From positions 153,048 to 217,047 of the forward strand of contig CAWHAZ010000005.1 of assembly GCA_963827475.1 (NCBI GenBank): a stretch of 64,000 nt of DNA, given 5' to 3'. The notes under the pieces are model-generated. The model did not search any database and had not been told where the DNA came from. It was given only the letters and a program-made list of their open reading frames with translations. This document shows, one piece after another, positions 49,462 to 59,577 of this stretch. Within the stretch, counting starts at the first letter, position 1, and every line of letters begins with the position of its first letter. The DNA comes from an uncultured Chloroflexia bacterium. GTDB taxonomy: Bacteria > Chloroflexota > Limnocylindria > QHBO01. A program made the translations under genes and the position numbers.

Positions 49462-50355
49462 GTGCTCGCCGCGCTCGGCCTGGTCGTCATGGTCGCCGGC
49501 CTGGTGTGGATCGTCTTCGCCGCCTCGTTGGGGGCGAGCCCGTCAGAATGGGTCCTGCCCGCGGTGATCACCGCAGCCGGCGGCCTGACCCTGGTCGGCA
49601 GCCTCGGGTGGCTCGCGGAGCGCGGGATCTGGGTCCGCCGGAGACTTCCCGAGGAGCGCTACCGCGGGCCGAGCATCATCCTGCTCTTCGTCCTCGCCGT
49701 GGCCGCGGCCAACCTGCTCTCGCTCCCACCACTCCTCGCCGACACCCTGGCCGGGGGCGACCCGACCGAGCCCAGCCCGGTCGCGCTCATCTTCCTGCTG
49801 CTCGTGACCCCGCTCATCTTCGGCGCGGTCGGAGCGCTGTTCGTGATCCGACCGCGCGCCCTGGTCGGGGCTCGGTTCGGTGATGGCGCGGCCACGGCCT
49901 GGAACGTCGGGCGCGGAGTGGGCCTCGGGGCGGCGGCCTGGGTTGCCGCCAACGCGGTCGCCATTGCCCTGGCGTGGCTGGTGACCGAGCTGACGGGCGA
50001 GGCGCCGGACGAGGGGCAGGTCGTGGCCGAGATGGCGAAGACCCTTCCTCCGTTGGTCGCCATCGCGCTCATCGGCCTGCTGGCACCGGTGGCCGAGGAG
50101 TTCTTCTTCCGCTGGATCGCGGTCAACGCCTGGGAGCGCGAGCACGGGACCCGGGTCGCGGTGCTCGGGTCGGCCGTGCTGTTCGGCGGCGCCCACATTC
50201 TCGGCGGATCGTGGTTGGCCCTGCCGTCCATCATCCTGCTCGGCGTGATCCTGGCCGGGGCCTACGTCGCGACCCGCAGCCTGCCGCTGGTGATCGGCGT
50301 CCATGCCACGTTCAACTGCCTCTCGCTGGCGGTGCTCTTCCTCGTCCCCGTTTGA
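49462..50355 (+). CDS. CPBP-family (CAAX/Abi) intramembrane metalloprotease
   Basis: Motifs EEFFFR, FGGAHI and HATFN. GTG start. Confidence 0.75.
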   Translation: MLAALGLVVMVAGLVWIVFAASLGASPSEWVLPAVITAAGGLTLVGSLGWLAERGIWVRRRLPEERYRGPSIILLFVLAVAAANLLSLPPLLADTLAGGDPTEPSPVALIFLLLVTPLIFGAVGALFVIRPRALVGARFGDGAATAWNVGRGVGLGAAAWVAANAVAIALAWLVTELTGEAPDEGQVVAEMAKTLPPLVAIALIGLLAPVAEEFFFRWIAVNAWEREHGTRVAVLGSAVLFGGAHILGGSWLALPSIILLGVILAGAYVATRSLPLVIGVHATFNCLSLAVLFLVPV

Positions 50356-50417
50356 GCCGCACCCCCCGGCAACCGCCGGGTAACGGCCGGCAAAGCACCG
50401 CCGACGATCGTGTGCCC

Positions 50418-51062
50418 ATGACCCCCACCCGCTCGGCCGCCGACCGCCTGCTCGGCGCCGGCCCGGGAGCGCTCGCCGACGACGAGCTGCTGGCGCTCGT
50501 GCTGGGAGGTCGCGGGGCGCTGTCCACGGCCCGTAGCCTGCTCGACGCGCACGGGTTGACCCACCTGGCCACCATGCTGGCCCCGGAGGTCGAGACCTCG
50601 CCGCAGGTCGGGCCACGGCGGGCGGCGGCGGTGGCGGCCGCCTTCGAGCTGGCCCGGCGCGCGAATGCCCGCTGGCCGCTTCCCGGCTGGCGGGTGCGGA
50701 CCCCGGCCGACGTGGCCGAGCGGCTCGTGCCGGAGATGCGCCATCTCGACCGCGAGGAGCTGCTGGTCTGCCTCCTGAACACGCGGAACGTCGTCCTCGG
50801 CCGCTCGACGGTCTACGTCGGGAACCTCGCCGGGTCCCCGGTCCGCATCGGTGAGGTCTACCGCGAGGCGATCCGTCGCCAGGCGGCGGCGGTCATCGTG
50901 GCCCACAACCACCCCTCCGGCGACCCGTCGCCATCAGGGGACGATCTGCGGATCACTGCCGACCTGGCCGACGCCGGGCGGCTGCTCGACATCGAGCTGC
51001 TCGACCACCTGGTCATCGGTCATGACCGATGGGTGAGTCTTCGCGCCGCGGGCGCGCTGTGA
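50418..51062 (+). CDS. radC: RadC-family JAB-domain protein
   Basis: HNHPSG(D)PSPS JAMM motif. Helix-hairpin-helix N-terminus. Confidence 0.8.
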   Translation: MTPTRSAADRLLGAGPGALADDELLALVLGGRGALSTARSLLDAHGLTHLATMLAPEVETSPQVGPRRAAAVAAAFELARRANARWPLPGWRVRTPADVAERLVPEMRHLDREELLVCLLNTRNVVLGRSTVYVGNLAGSPVRIGEVYREAIRRQAAAVIVAHNHPSGDPSPSGDDLRITADLADAGRLLDIELLDHLVIGHDRWVSLRAAGAL

Positions 51063-51070
51063 CCCCGTGA

Positions 51071-52345
51071 TCAGGGACCGACGACGCGATACAGCCCCCC
51101 ACCCTCGATGTCGACGACGTAGATCTCGCCCGCCTCGTCCTCGCCGAACGAGCTGACCGCCAGGGTGGTGGCCAGCACCGTCTTCACGCTGATCGTCGCC
51201 CCCGCGACGTCGAGCGAGAAGAGTCGGCCGCTGCACCAGTCGCCGAAGAAGTACGCCCCCTGCAGCTGGGGCTGCGCCGTGCCGCGGTAGATGTAGCCGC
51301 CGATGACCGAGCACCCGGAGCCGTGGTCGTAGGCCGCGATCGGCGCCACCAGGCCCGCCGGGCAGCTGCCGCTCCGGCACTGGGGGCCCTCCATCAGCGG
51401 CCAGCCGTAGTTCACCCCGCCCGAGGCGCCGGCGTCCTGGCGGTTGATCTCCTCCCAGGCGCCCCCGCCGACATCACCCATGAACAGGGCCCCCAGCGCT
51501 CGGTCGAAGGTGATCCGCCAGGGATTGCGCACGCCGTAGGCCCAGATCTCGGGAGCCCCGCCTCCCCCAACGAACGGGTTGGTGGACGGGATCGCGTAGG
51601 CGCGCCCAGCGGCGGGGGCGGCGTCGACGTCGACCCGCAGGATCTTGCCGAGCAGGCTGGTGACGTTCTGCCCGTTGCCGAACTGGTCGTTCTGACCGCC
51701 GCCGTCGCCCATCGCGATGTACAGGTAACCGTCCGGTCCAAAGGCCAGGCTGCCGCCGTTGTGGTTCGCCGCCGGATCCGGAACCGCGAACAGGATCCGT
51801 CCGGTCCCGGGGTCGGCCCGTCCCGCATCCGACGAGACCCTGTACTCGGCCACGGTGTTGGCGCCCGAGGGCCGGCTGGTGTAGGCGACGAAGAACCGCC
51901 CGTTCCGCTCGTACTCCGGATGGAAGGCGAGCCCCAACAGGCCGCGTTCTCCGCCGCTGAGGACCAGTGACGAGATGTCGAGGAACGGATCCGGATCCAT
52001 CTGGCCGCTCGCGCTCACGGCGTGGATGTGCCCGTTCTGCTCGACGACGAACAGCCGCTCCGAGCCGTCGCCCGCGTTCTCCACGCCGAGGGGCCGGTCA
52101 AGCCCTTCGGTCACGGCCTGGAGCGAAACGCTGACCGGCCCGGACACCAGGGCGGGGGGCGGGGTGGCCGGGACCGAGGGCTCAACCGACGGTGTAAGCG
52201 AGGGTGCCGCCGATTCGGCGACCGATGCGGGCGGGGATGGCGACGGGCTCGGTGATTCGGCCACGCAGGCGCCGAGCAGGAACGCCGATCCGATGACCAG
52301 GGCAAGCCGATGCGGCGCCGACCGACGCCTGGACGGATGAGTCAT
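51071..52345 (-). CDS. PQQ-dependent sugar dehydrogenase (soluble aldose/sorbosone dehydrogenase family) lipoprotein
   Basis: Signal peptide plus lipobox (LLGAC), a Pro/Ser linker and a beta-propeller domain (GLLGLAFHP, NHNGG, GYGVRNPWR). The start is moved to the internal ATG; a GTG 9 nt upstream is also possible. Confidence 0.8.
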   Translation of the reverse strand: MTHPSRRRSAPHRLALVIGSAFLLGACVAESPSPSPSPPASVAESAAPSLTPSVEPSVPATPPPALVSGPVSVSLQAVTEGLDRPLGVENAGDGSERLFVVEQNGHIHAVSASGQMDPDPFLDISSLVLSGGERGLLGLAFHPEYERNGRFFVAYTSRPSGANTVAEYRVSSDAGRADPGTGRILFAVPDPAANHNGGSLAFGPDGYLYIAMGDGGGQNDQFGNGQNVTSLLGKILRVDVDAAPAAGRAYAIPSTNPFVGGGGAPEIWAYGVRNPWRITFDRALGALFMGDVGGGAWEEINRQDAGASGGVNYGWPLMEGPQCRSGSCPAGLVAPIAAYDHGSGCSVIGGYIYRGTAQPQLQGAYFFGDWCSGRLFSLDVAGATISVKTVLATTLAVSSFGEDEAGEIYVVDIEGGGLYRVVGP

Positions 52346-52391
52346 GGGCTGCACAGACTACCCGCTGGAATGGGGTAGGGTTCGAACGCCG

Positions 52392-54527
52392 ATGACGACC
52401 ACCCGCGCGAGCCTGCGTCGCCTGGCTACGGCCGTCGAGCCGGGCCCGGACGCGGTCGGCACGGCCCGCACCATCGTCATCGAGAAGGTGGAACCCGAGC
52501 TCGACGGCGGGCGATATCCCGCCAAGCGGGTGGTCGGGGACTGGTTCACGGTCAGCGCCGACATCATCGCCGACGGCCACGACCAGCTCGGTGCGGCCCT
52601 GCTCATCCGGGCCGACGACGAGGCCGCGTGGCAGGAGATTCCGATGCGCCTGCATCGCCACGATCGGTGGCGCGCCCGTGTCCGGCTTCGGCGCAACCGG
52701 TGGCACCGGTACACGGTGGAGGCCTGGCGCGACGACGTCGGCAGCTGGTCCGAGCGGCTCACCCGCAAGGCACGCCTCGGGGTCGACGTGGCCATCGAGC
52801 TCGCGGAGGCGCGCCAGGTCCTCGACGAGGCGGCTCGTCGAGCACGCCGGGCCGGGGCGGTGGACGACGCCGCCATCCTGCGCGACGCTCGGGCGCGGCT
52901 GGCCGCCGCGCCCGACGGGCGTGCCGCAGCCCGTATCGCCCGCGAACGGGCGCTGCTGGCCGCGGGTGCGCGTCACCCGGACCGCCGCGCCGCGTCCCGC
53001 TACGACCGTGAGCTCGAGCTGGTGGTGGATCGCCCGGCCGCGGTCAGCGGGGCGTGGTACGAGCTGTTCCCGCGCTCCCAGGGAACGACGCCCAGCACCC
53101 CGGCCACCCTGGTCGAGTCCGAATGGCGCCTGCCCGAGCTCGCCCGGCTCGGGTTCGACGTCATCTATCTGCCGCCCATCCACCCCATCGGCACCACCAA
53201 CCGCAAGGGACGCAACAACGCGGAGCAGGGGAAGCCGGGCGACGTCGGCAGTCCGTGGGCGGTCGGCTCTTCCGACGGTGGCCACGAGGCGGTCGCCCCC
53301 GAGCTCGGCGGCCTGGCCGGGTTCGAGCACTTTCGCCGCGCCGCCGCACGCCAGGGGATGGAGGTCGCCCTCGACCTCGCCATCCAGGCCTCCCCGGACC
53401 ACCCATGGGTCGAGGCCCATCCCGAGTGGTTTCGCCGGGCGCCGGACGGGTCGATCCGGTACGCGGAAAACCCGCCCAAGCGCTACCAGGATGTCTACCC
53501 CTTCGACTTCCGCACGGCAGAACCGGCGGCGCGGGCCGAGCTGTGGCACGCCTGGCGCGACGTCATCCTCACCTGGGTCCAGCGAGGCGTGCGGATCTTC
53601 CGGGTCGACAACCCCCACACCAAGCCGGTGGCGTTCTGGACCTGGCTCATCCGCGACGTCCAGGCCCGGTACCCCGACGTCATCTTCCTCGCGGAAGCGT
53701 TCACCAGGCACAAGCCGATGCGTCTCCTCTCGAAGGCGGGATTCACGCAGTCGTACACCTACTTCACCTGGCGCAACGACGCCGACGACCTGCGCGAGTA
53801 CCTCACCGAGCTGACACGGACCGAGATGCGGCAGTACTACCGCGGCAACCTGTTCACCAACACCCCCGACATCAACCCGCACTACCTCGCCCGCGGACGG
53901 CCCACGTTCGTCAGCCGCCTGGTCCTTGCCGCGACGCTGTCCGGCCTGTACGGCATCTACTCCGGGTTCGAGCTCCTCGAACACCGTCGGATCGGACGCG
54001 GCGAGGAGTACCGGGACAGCGAGAAGTACGAGATCGTGGTCCGAGACTGGGACGCGCCGGGCAACCTCAAGCCGCTGATCCGGACCCTGAACGAGCTGCG
54101 GCGCGACTGGCCCGCACTCGGCCGCACCGAGACCCTGCGGTTCGAGGAAACCCGCGCGAAGCGGATCCTGTTCTATCGCAAGGCGCTCCCGGTCGGGCAG
54201 GTGGACCTGCTGTCCGAGGATCCTCGGACCTGGCGCCAACCGGTCTGGGTGGCCGTCAACGTGACCCCGACCCGTTCCGAGCAGGCGGTCCTCCGTCCGA
54301 AGCTGGCGGCCGTGGGCATCGATCCCGCGCGGCCGTATCGGTACACTGATCTGCTGACAGGCACCAGCCGCGTCCGGAAGGGCCGTGCCATCACCGTCAC
54401 CCTGGGGCCCGACCGCCCGTTCGTGATCTTCAGCCTGTCGCAGGACCCCGCGCCGAAGGGGCGGACCGTTCGCACGGTCCGCCGCCGACGCCGGGCAGGG
54501 CCGGACCCAGGCCCTGATCGTCGATAG
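52392..54527 (+). CDS. glgE: alpha-1,4-glucan:maltose-1-phosphate maltosyltransferase
   Basis: Full-length GH13_3 GlgE similarity (DVIYLPPIHPIGTTNRKGRNN, WYELFPRS, FRVDNPHTKP). Confidence 0.9.
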   Translation: MTTTRASLRRLATAVEPGPDAVGTARTIVIEKVEPELDGGRYPAKRVVGDWFTVSADIIADGHDQLGAALLIRADDEAAWQEIPMRLHRHDRWRARVRLRRNRWHRYTVEAWRDDVGSWSERLTRKARLGVDVAIELAEARQVLDEAARRARRAGAVDDAAILRDARARLAAAPDGRAAARIARERALLAAGARHPDRRAASRYDRELELVVDRPAAVSGAWYELFPRSQGTTPSTPATLVESEWRLPELARLGFDVIYLPPIHPIGTTNRKGRNNAEQGKPGDVGSPWAVGSSDGGHEAVAPELGGLAGFEHFRRAAARQGMEVALDLAIQASPDHPWVEAHPEWFRRAPDGSIRYAENPPKRYQDVYPFDFRTAEPAARAELWHAWRDVILTWVQRGVRIFRVDNPHTKPVAFWTWLIRDVQARYPDVIFLAEAFTRHKPMRLLSKAGFTQSYTYFTWRNDADDLREYLTELTRTEMRQYYRGNLFTNTPDINPHYLARGRPTFVSRLVLAATLSGLYGIYSGFELLEHRRIGRGEEYRDSEKYEIVVRDWDAPGNLKPLIRTLNELRRDWPALGRTETLRFEETRAKRILFYRKALPVGQVDLLSEDPRTWRQPVWVAVNVTPTRSEQAVLRPKLAAVGIDPARPYRYTDLLTGTSRVRKGRAITVTLGPDRPFVIFSLSQDPAPKGRTVRTVRRRRRAGPDPGPDRR

Positions 54528-54544
54528 CGGAGGGCATCACACCA

Positions 54545-55315
54545 GTGCCGCTTCCCGGGCTGACCTTCCTCGGCCACTCCACACTGCTCATCGAGCTGGA
54601 GGGGCTCCGGATCCTGACCGATCCGATCCTCGTCGACCGACTGATGTTCCTGGCCCGCGTCGTCCGTCCGGTGGATCCGTCCCTGTATGCCGACATCGAC
54701 CTCGTCCTCCTGAGCCACCTCCACATCGACCATTTCGACCGGCTGTCGCTCGCCCGCATCGACTCGCAGCCGGAGATCGTGACCTGTCCGGGCGGCGCTG
54801 GCCTCCTCCGAAGCTGGGGATGGTCCCGGGTGAAGGAGCTGGCACCCGGCGAGGCGCACGAGGTCGGGCCGGTGCGGATCACCGCCACGCCAGCCGACCA
54901 TCCCGGCTTCCGCCCGCCATTCGGACCCCGCGGGACGGCGGTGGGGTATCTCATCGAGTCCGGCCAGGCTCGGCTGTACTTCGCCGGTGACACGGACCTC
55001 CTGCCGGAGATGGAGACCATGATCGAGGGCGAGCTGGACGTCGCCTTCCTGCCGATCAGTGGCTGGGGCCCGCGGCTGGGGCCCGGCCACATGAATCCGG
55101 CCCGCGCGGCGGAGGCCGTCGTGCGACTCGGGCCACGGTACGCGGTGCCCATCCACTGGGGCACGCTGTGGCCGTACGGCCTTGGCCGTTTCACGGCCGA
55201 CCGGCTGGAAGGTCCCCCGGCGGAGTTCGTCAGCAGCCTCGAAAAACGAGCGGGGCAGACGGATGCCAGAGCCTTGATCGCCCGTCCCGGGGAGCGGGTA
55301 CCCTTCGTCCCCTGA
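54545..55315 (+). CDS. MBL-fold metallo-hydrolase
   Basis: HLHIDH motif. GTG start. Confidence 0.75.
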   Translation: MPLPGLTFLGHSTLLIELEGLRILTDPILVDRLMFLARVVRPVDPSLYADIDLVLLSHLHIDHFDRLSLARIDSQPEIVTCPGGAGLLRSWGWSRVKELAPGEAHEVGPVRITATPADHPGFRPPFGPRGTAVGYLIESGQARLYFAGDTDLLPEMETMIEGELDVAFLPISGWGPRLGPGHMNPARAAEAVVRLGPRYAVPIHWGTLWPYGLGRFTADRLEGPPAEFVSSLEKRAGQTDARALIARPGERVPFVP

Positions 55316-55349
55316 CCACCGAGCCCCATTCCGAGGTTCCTGACGCTCC

Positions 55350-57439
55350 ATGCGCACCTGGCTGACACGCACCGCTGCCGCCTACCGGGCGCAGGCCCAC
55401 GCGCTCAGGCGACTTCGGCCGACCCCGCTGGGCCTCGCGTTCCGCGTCCTTCTCTCGGTCGTCTCCGCCTGGCTGAGCCTGGTCGTCACCGTGGCCCTGG
55501 CGCCCGGCATCGAGTGGGACGGACGGACATCGGTCCTGCTGGCCGTGGCCGTCATCGGGGCGGCGGACTTCCTCATCAGGCCACTGATCCTCGCCGCGGT
55601 CCTGCCCATCGGCTTCATCGCCGTCTTCGCGGTCGGCTTCCTGTACCGCGCAGCGTCGTTCTTCTTCATCCTGCCCCTCGTCGGCTTCGACCTCGGCGGC
55701 TTCGGGAGCGGCCTCGTCGGCGCGGGCGATCTATGGTGTCGTCAGCTCGATCCTCGGCGGCATCGTGGGCATGACCGACGAGGAGTCGTACGGCCAGCGC
55801 GTGGTCAACCAGGTCATCCGCGACCAGGAGCAGGTTCCGCACAGCGACGTTCCGGGGGTGGTGATCATCCAGGTCGATGGCCTGGCGTTTCCCCTGCTGG
55901 CCGCGCAGGTGCGCGCGGGCACGATGACCACCCTGGCCCGCTGGATCCGGTCCGGCTCGCACCGGATGATGGAGTACACCGCCGACCTCCCGTCACAGAC
56001 CTCGACCGGGCAGGCCGGCCTGCTTGCACGGCAATGCCGCCGGCATCCCCGCCTTCCGTTGGTACGAGAAGGAGCGGCGGCGGATGATGGTCTCCAACCG
56101 CCCGGCCGACGCGGCCGAGATCGAGTCCCGGATCAGCGACGGCAATGGCCTGCTGGCCAACGGTGGCGCGTCGATCGACAACATGTTCTCCGGCGACGCG
56201 ACACACGTCCGGATGGTCATGAGCCGGCTGAACAGCGACCAGGACAAGGCCGGTCGTGACCGGAGCATGTACTACTTCCTGCTCAACCCGTACAGCATCG
56301 GGCGGACGATCGTCCGCACCATGGGGGAGCTGCTGAAGGAGCTGTACCAGTCCTGGCAGCAGCGACGGCGCCAGATCGAGCCGCGGATGCACCGCGGCGT
56401 GAAGTTCGCCGGCCTGCGCGCCACGACCAACGTCGTGCTCCGTGACCTGAACCATGCGCTGGTGGCCGAGCAGATGCTGCGCGGGACGCGGGTGATGTAC
56501 GTCGACTTCGTCGACTATGACGACATCGCCCACCACACCGGCCCCGAGCGGCAGGAGGCCATCCAGTCGCTGTACGGCATCGACCGTGCCATCGGGCGAC
56601 TGGAGCGGCTGGTGCCGGACTGCCCGCGGCCCTACCGCTTCGTGATCGTCTCGGACCACGGCCAGAGCCAGGGCGCGACGTTCCGCCAGCGCTACGGCGA
56701 GACGATCGAGGACTGGCTGCGCACGCGCATCGGAGCCGACGTCACGCGAGCCGCCACCGCGCCGGTGGAGGACGCCGGCCGGCTGTCCACCGTCCTGACC
56801 GAGGCCAGCTCGGCCGATGGCGCGACGGCCGCCCTCGGCCGGCGCGCGCTGCAGGGCAGCATGGACGACGGCGCGGTGGAGCTGGGCGCCCTGGGCGACG
56901 AGGTGGCGGAGGAGCCGACCGGCGAGCTGCCCGACCTCGTGGTCTGCGCCTCGGGCAACCTCGGGCTGGTGTACTTCGGCGTCGCCGAGCACCGCATGTC
57001 GCTGCACGAGATCGAGGCCGCCTTCCCGGGCATGGTCGACGAGCTCGTCGCGCACGAGGGCATCGGCTTCGCGCTCGTCCGATCCGGCGACGGCCATGCC
57101 CTGGCGGTCGGCCCGAACGGGCGGCACGACCTGACCGATGGGACGGTGACCGGCACCGATCCGGTCGCCCAGTTCGGCGCCGACGCGCCTGACCAGCTCC
57201 GTCACCTCGACGGCATCGACCACGTCGGCGACCTGGTCCTCATGAGCCGGCTCGACACCGGCACCGACGAGGTGGCCGCGTTCGAGGAGCTGATCGGGAG
57301 CCACGGGGGGATGGGCGGATGGCAGACCAGGCCGTGCCTCGTCTTTCCCGCGGACTGGACGGCCCCAGACGGGCGCCTGATGGGGGCCCCCGCCGTCCAC
57401 CGGCAGCTGAAGGCCTGGATCGCCGCCGAGCAGGGCTAG
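55350..57439 (+). CDS. holin-like 4-TM domain fused to an alkaline-phosphatase-family (type I phosphodiesterase/nucleotide pyrophosphatase) domain; two frame breaks
   Basis: The N-terminal 4-TM region resembles the mycobacterial phage_holin_4_2 family. The phosphatase domain (VVIIQVDGLAFPLL..., MYVDFVDYDDIAHHTGP, VIVSDHGQS) is spread over ORFs 55350-56087, 55765-56259 and 56024-57439. Confidence 0.65.
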
Positions 57440-57448
57440 GGGGGCCGG

Positions 57449-58504
57449 TTGGGCATCTTCGACGGCGTCCTCGGGATCTTCAGCCATGACCTGGGCATCG
57501 ACCTCGGCACGGCCAATACCCTGGTCACCGTCCGTCACCGGGGAATCGTGATCTCCGAGCCATCGGTGGTGGCCATGGAGACCCGCACCAAGCGGGTGCT
57601 GGCGATTGGAGCGGAAGCGAAGCGGATGGTGGGCCGGACGCCGGCCAACATCGTCGCCATCCGGCCGCTGCGCGACGGGGTGATCAGTGACTTCGACGTG
57701 ACCGAGCAGATGATCCGGTACTTCATCGAGAAGGTGCACGATCGCTATTTCCGCATTCCGCGGCCGCGAGTCCTGGTCGGCATTCCGTCCGGCGTGACCG
57801 AGGTCGAGAAGCGCGCGGTGCGCGACGCCACCTTGAACGCGCATGCCCGCTGGGCGCGGCTCATCGAGGAACCGATGGCCGCCGCCATCGGCGCCGGCCT
57901 GCCGGTCAGCGAACCGTCCGGCTCGCTCATCGTCGACATCGGCGGCGGGACGACCGAGGTCGCCGTCATCTCCCTCGGCGGCATCGTCGTCAGCCGCTCG
58001 ATCCGGATCGGTGGCGACGAGATGGACCAGGACATCGTCAACTTCGCCCGTCGCGAGTACAACCTGCTGATGGGAGAGCGGACCGCGGAGGAGGTCAAGA
58101 TCGCGGTCGGCTCGGCCTACGCCGACCTGAACCCGCGGACCGTCACCTTCCGCGGGCGCGACCTGCTGACCGGGCTGCCGCGCTCGGTCGAGGTGAGCAG
58201 TGAGCAGATCCGCGAGGCCCTCGAGCCGTCGGTGGCGGCCATCATCCAGGCCATCCGCGACACGATCGAGGAGACGCCGCCCGAGCTGGTGGCCGACATC
58301 ATGGACCAGGGGATCGTGCTCGCCGGCGGCGGGGCGCTGCTGGCGGGCCTCGACCGGCGGGTCGCGGAGACGACCCAGATGCCGGTCCACGTCGCCGATG
58401 ACCCGTTGACCTGCGTGGTCCGCGGCACGGGGCGTGTCCTCGAAGAGCTCGACACCCTGGAGCGGGTGCTCATCACCGAGCAGTACACCCGCGCCCCCCG
58501 CTGA
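57449..58504 (+). CDS. mreB: rod shape-determining protein MreB
   Basis: GIDLGTANT, DIGGGTTEV and the actin fold. TTG start after GGGGGG. Confidence 0.9.
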   Translation: MGIFDGVLGIFSHDLGIDLGTANTLVTVRHRGIVISEPSVVAMETRTKRVLAIGAEAKRMVGRTPANIVAIRPLRDGVISDFDVTEQMIRYFIEKVHDRYFRIPRPRVLVGIPSGVTEVEKRAVRDATLNAHARWARLIEEPMAAAIGAGLPVSEPSGSLIVDIGGGTTEVAVISLGGIVVSRSIRIGGDEMDQDIVNFARREYNLLMGERTAEEVKIAVGSAYADLNPRTVTFRGRDLLTGLPRSVEVSSEQIREALEPSVAAIIQAIRDTIEETPPELVADIMDQGIVLAGGGALLAGLDRRVAETTQMPVHVADDPLTCVVRGTGRVLEELDTLERVLITEQYTRAPR

Positions 58505-58515
58505 GCCGGGGCGTC

Positions 58516-59397
58516 GTGCGCATCCCGTTCAGCCAGCCCCGGGGATCGGGATCGAGCCAGCGTCGTCGGAGCCCCGACCTCGTGTGGTGGGTCGCCCTGG
58601 TCGCCATCTCGATCGGCCTGGTGGTCGTCTCGGGAAGCGGCCCGGCCCGGTCGGTGCAGGACGCGGCCGCCCGGCTCATCGCGCCCGTCCAGGCGGCGCT
58701 GACCGACATCGGCGACGCGATGGGGGAGCTGGCCGACACGATCGGCGAGATCGGATCGCTGCGCGCGGAGAACGAGGAGCTGCGGAGCACCCTGGCCGCC
58801 GCCGAGCAGCGGGTCGCCGAGCTGCAGGAGGCCGCCCGCGACAACGCCCGGTTGCGGCGGCTGCTCGGCCTGCAGAACAGGCTCGGCTGGGACCTCGTGC
58901 CCGGCCGGGTCGTCTCGGCTGGCACCGGCGCGCTGACCTGGGAGGTGGCCCTGAACGTCGGCCACCAGGCCGGGGTGCGGGTCGGCATGCCGGTCGTGGG
59001 TGCCGCCGTCGGAGGAGGCGCCCTGGCCGGGATCGTGGTCGAGGCGAGCCCGGATCGGGCGGTCGTGCTCCTCACCGTTGATCCGCGCTCACGAGTCGTG
59101 GCCCGGGACCAGCAGACCGAGGCGCTCGGCGTCGTCCAGGGCCAGCCGGGCGGCCAGCTGATCATGACCCAGGTCGCGGTCACCGACGAAGTGGCGGTGG
59201 GCGACACGATCGTCACCGCCGGGCTCGAGCTCGAGGGGGTCGCCGCCTCGCCGTACCCCCGCGGCCTGCTGATCGGTACCGTGACCGCCCTCGAGGCCGA
59301 TGCCAACGGCCTGACCCGGACCGCGTTCGTGCGACCCGCGATCGACCCACGCTCGGTCGAATGGCTGATGGTCGTCAGCTCGGCGAGCCCCGACTGA
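58516..59397 (+). CDS. mreC: rod shape-determining protein MreC
   Basis: N-terminal TM, coiled coil (LRAENEELRSTLAAAEQRVAELQEA) and a C-terminal beta domain. Confidence 0.85.
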   Translation: MRIPFSQPRGSGSSQRRRSPDLVWWVALVAISIGLVVVSGSGPARSVQDAAARLIAPVQAALTDIGDAMGELADTIGEIGSLRAENEELRSTLAAAEQRVAELQEAARDNARLRRLLGLQNRLGWDLVPGRVVSAGTGALTWEVALNVGHQAGVRVGMPVVGAAVGGGALAGIVVEASPDRAVVLLTVDPRSRVVARDQQTEALGVVQGQPGGQLIMTQVAVTDEVAVGDTIVTAGLELEGVAASPYPRGLLIGTVTALEADANGLTRTAFVRPAIDPRSVEWLMVVSSASPD

Positions 59398-59436
59398 GCC
59401 CGGACTGAGCCCCGACTGAGACCGTCGCCGGCCTCC
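59398..59436. repeat. three tandem 11-nt units (CCCCGACTGAG / CCCGGACTGAG) immediately after the mreC stop
   Basis: gagccccgactgagcccggactgagccccgactgagacc. Confidence 0.5.
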
Positions 59437-59577
59437 GCCGGCTCGGCTGCCTGGCGACCGTGGTGCGGGCACGCACATGGCCCCATGGTCCGGCGCCCCC
59501 GGAACCAACGCCCCATGGGCCGTTCCGCAGCCCCTGCGTAGGGTCATCCCGAACTCATCTTCATTCGCGGAGACCCT

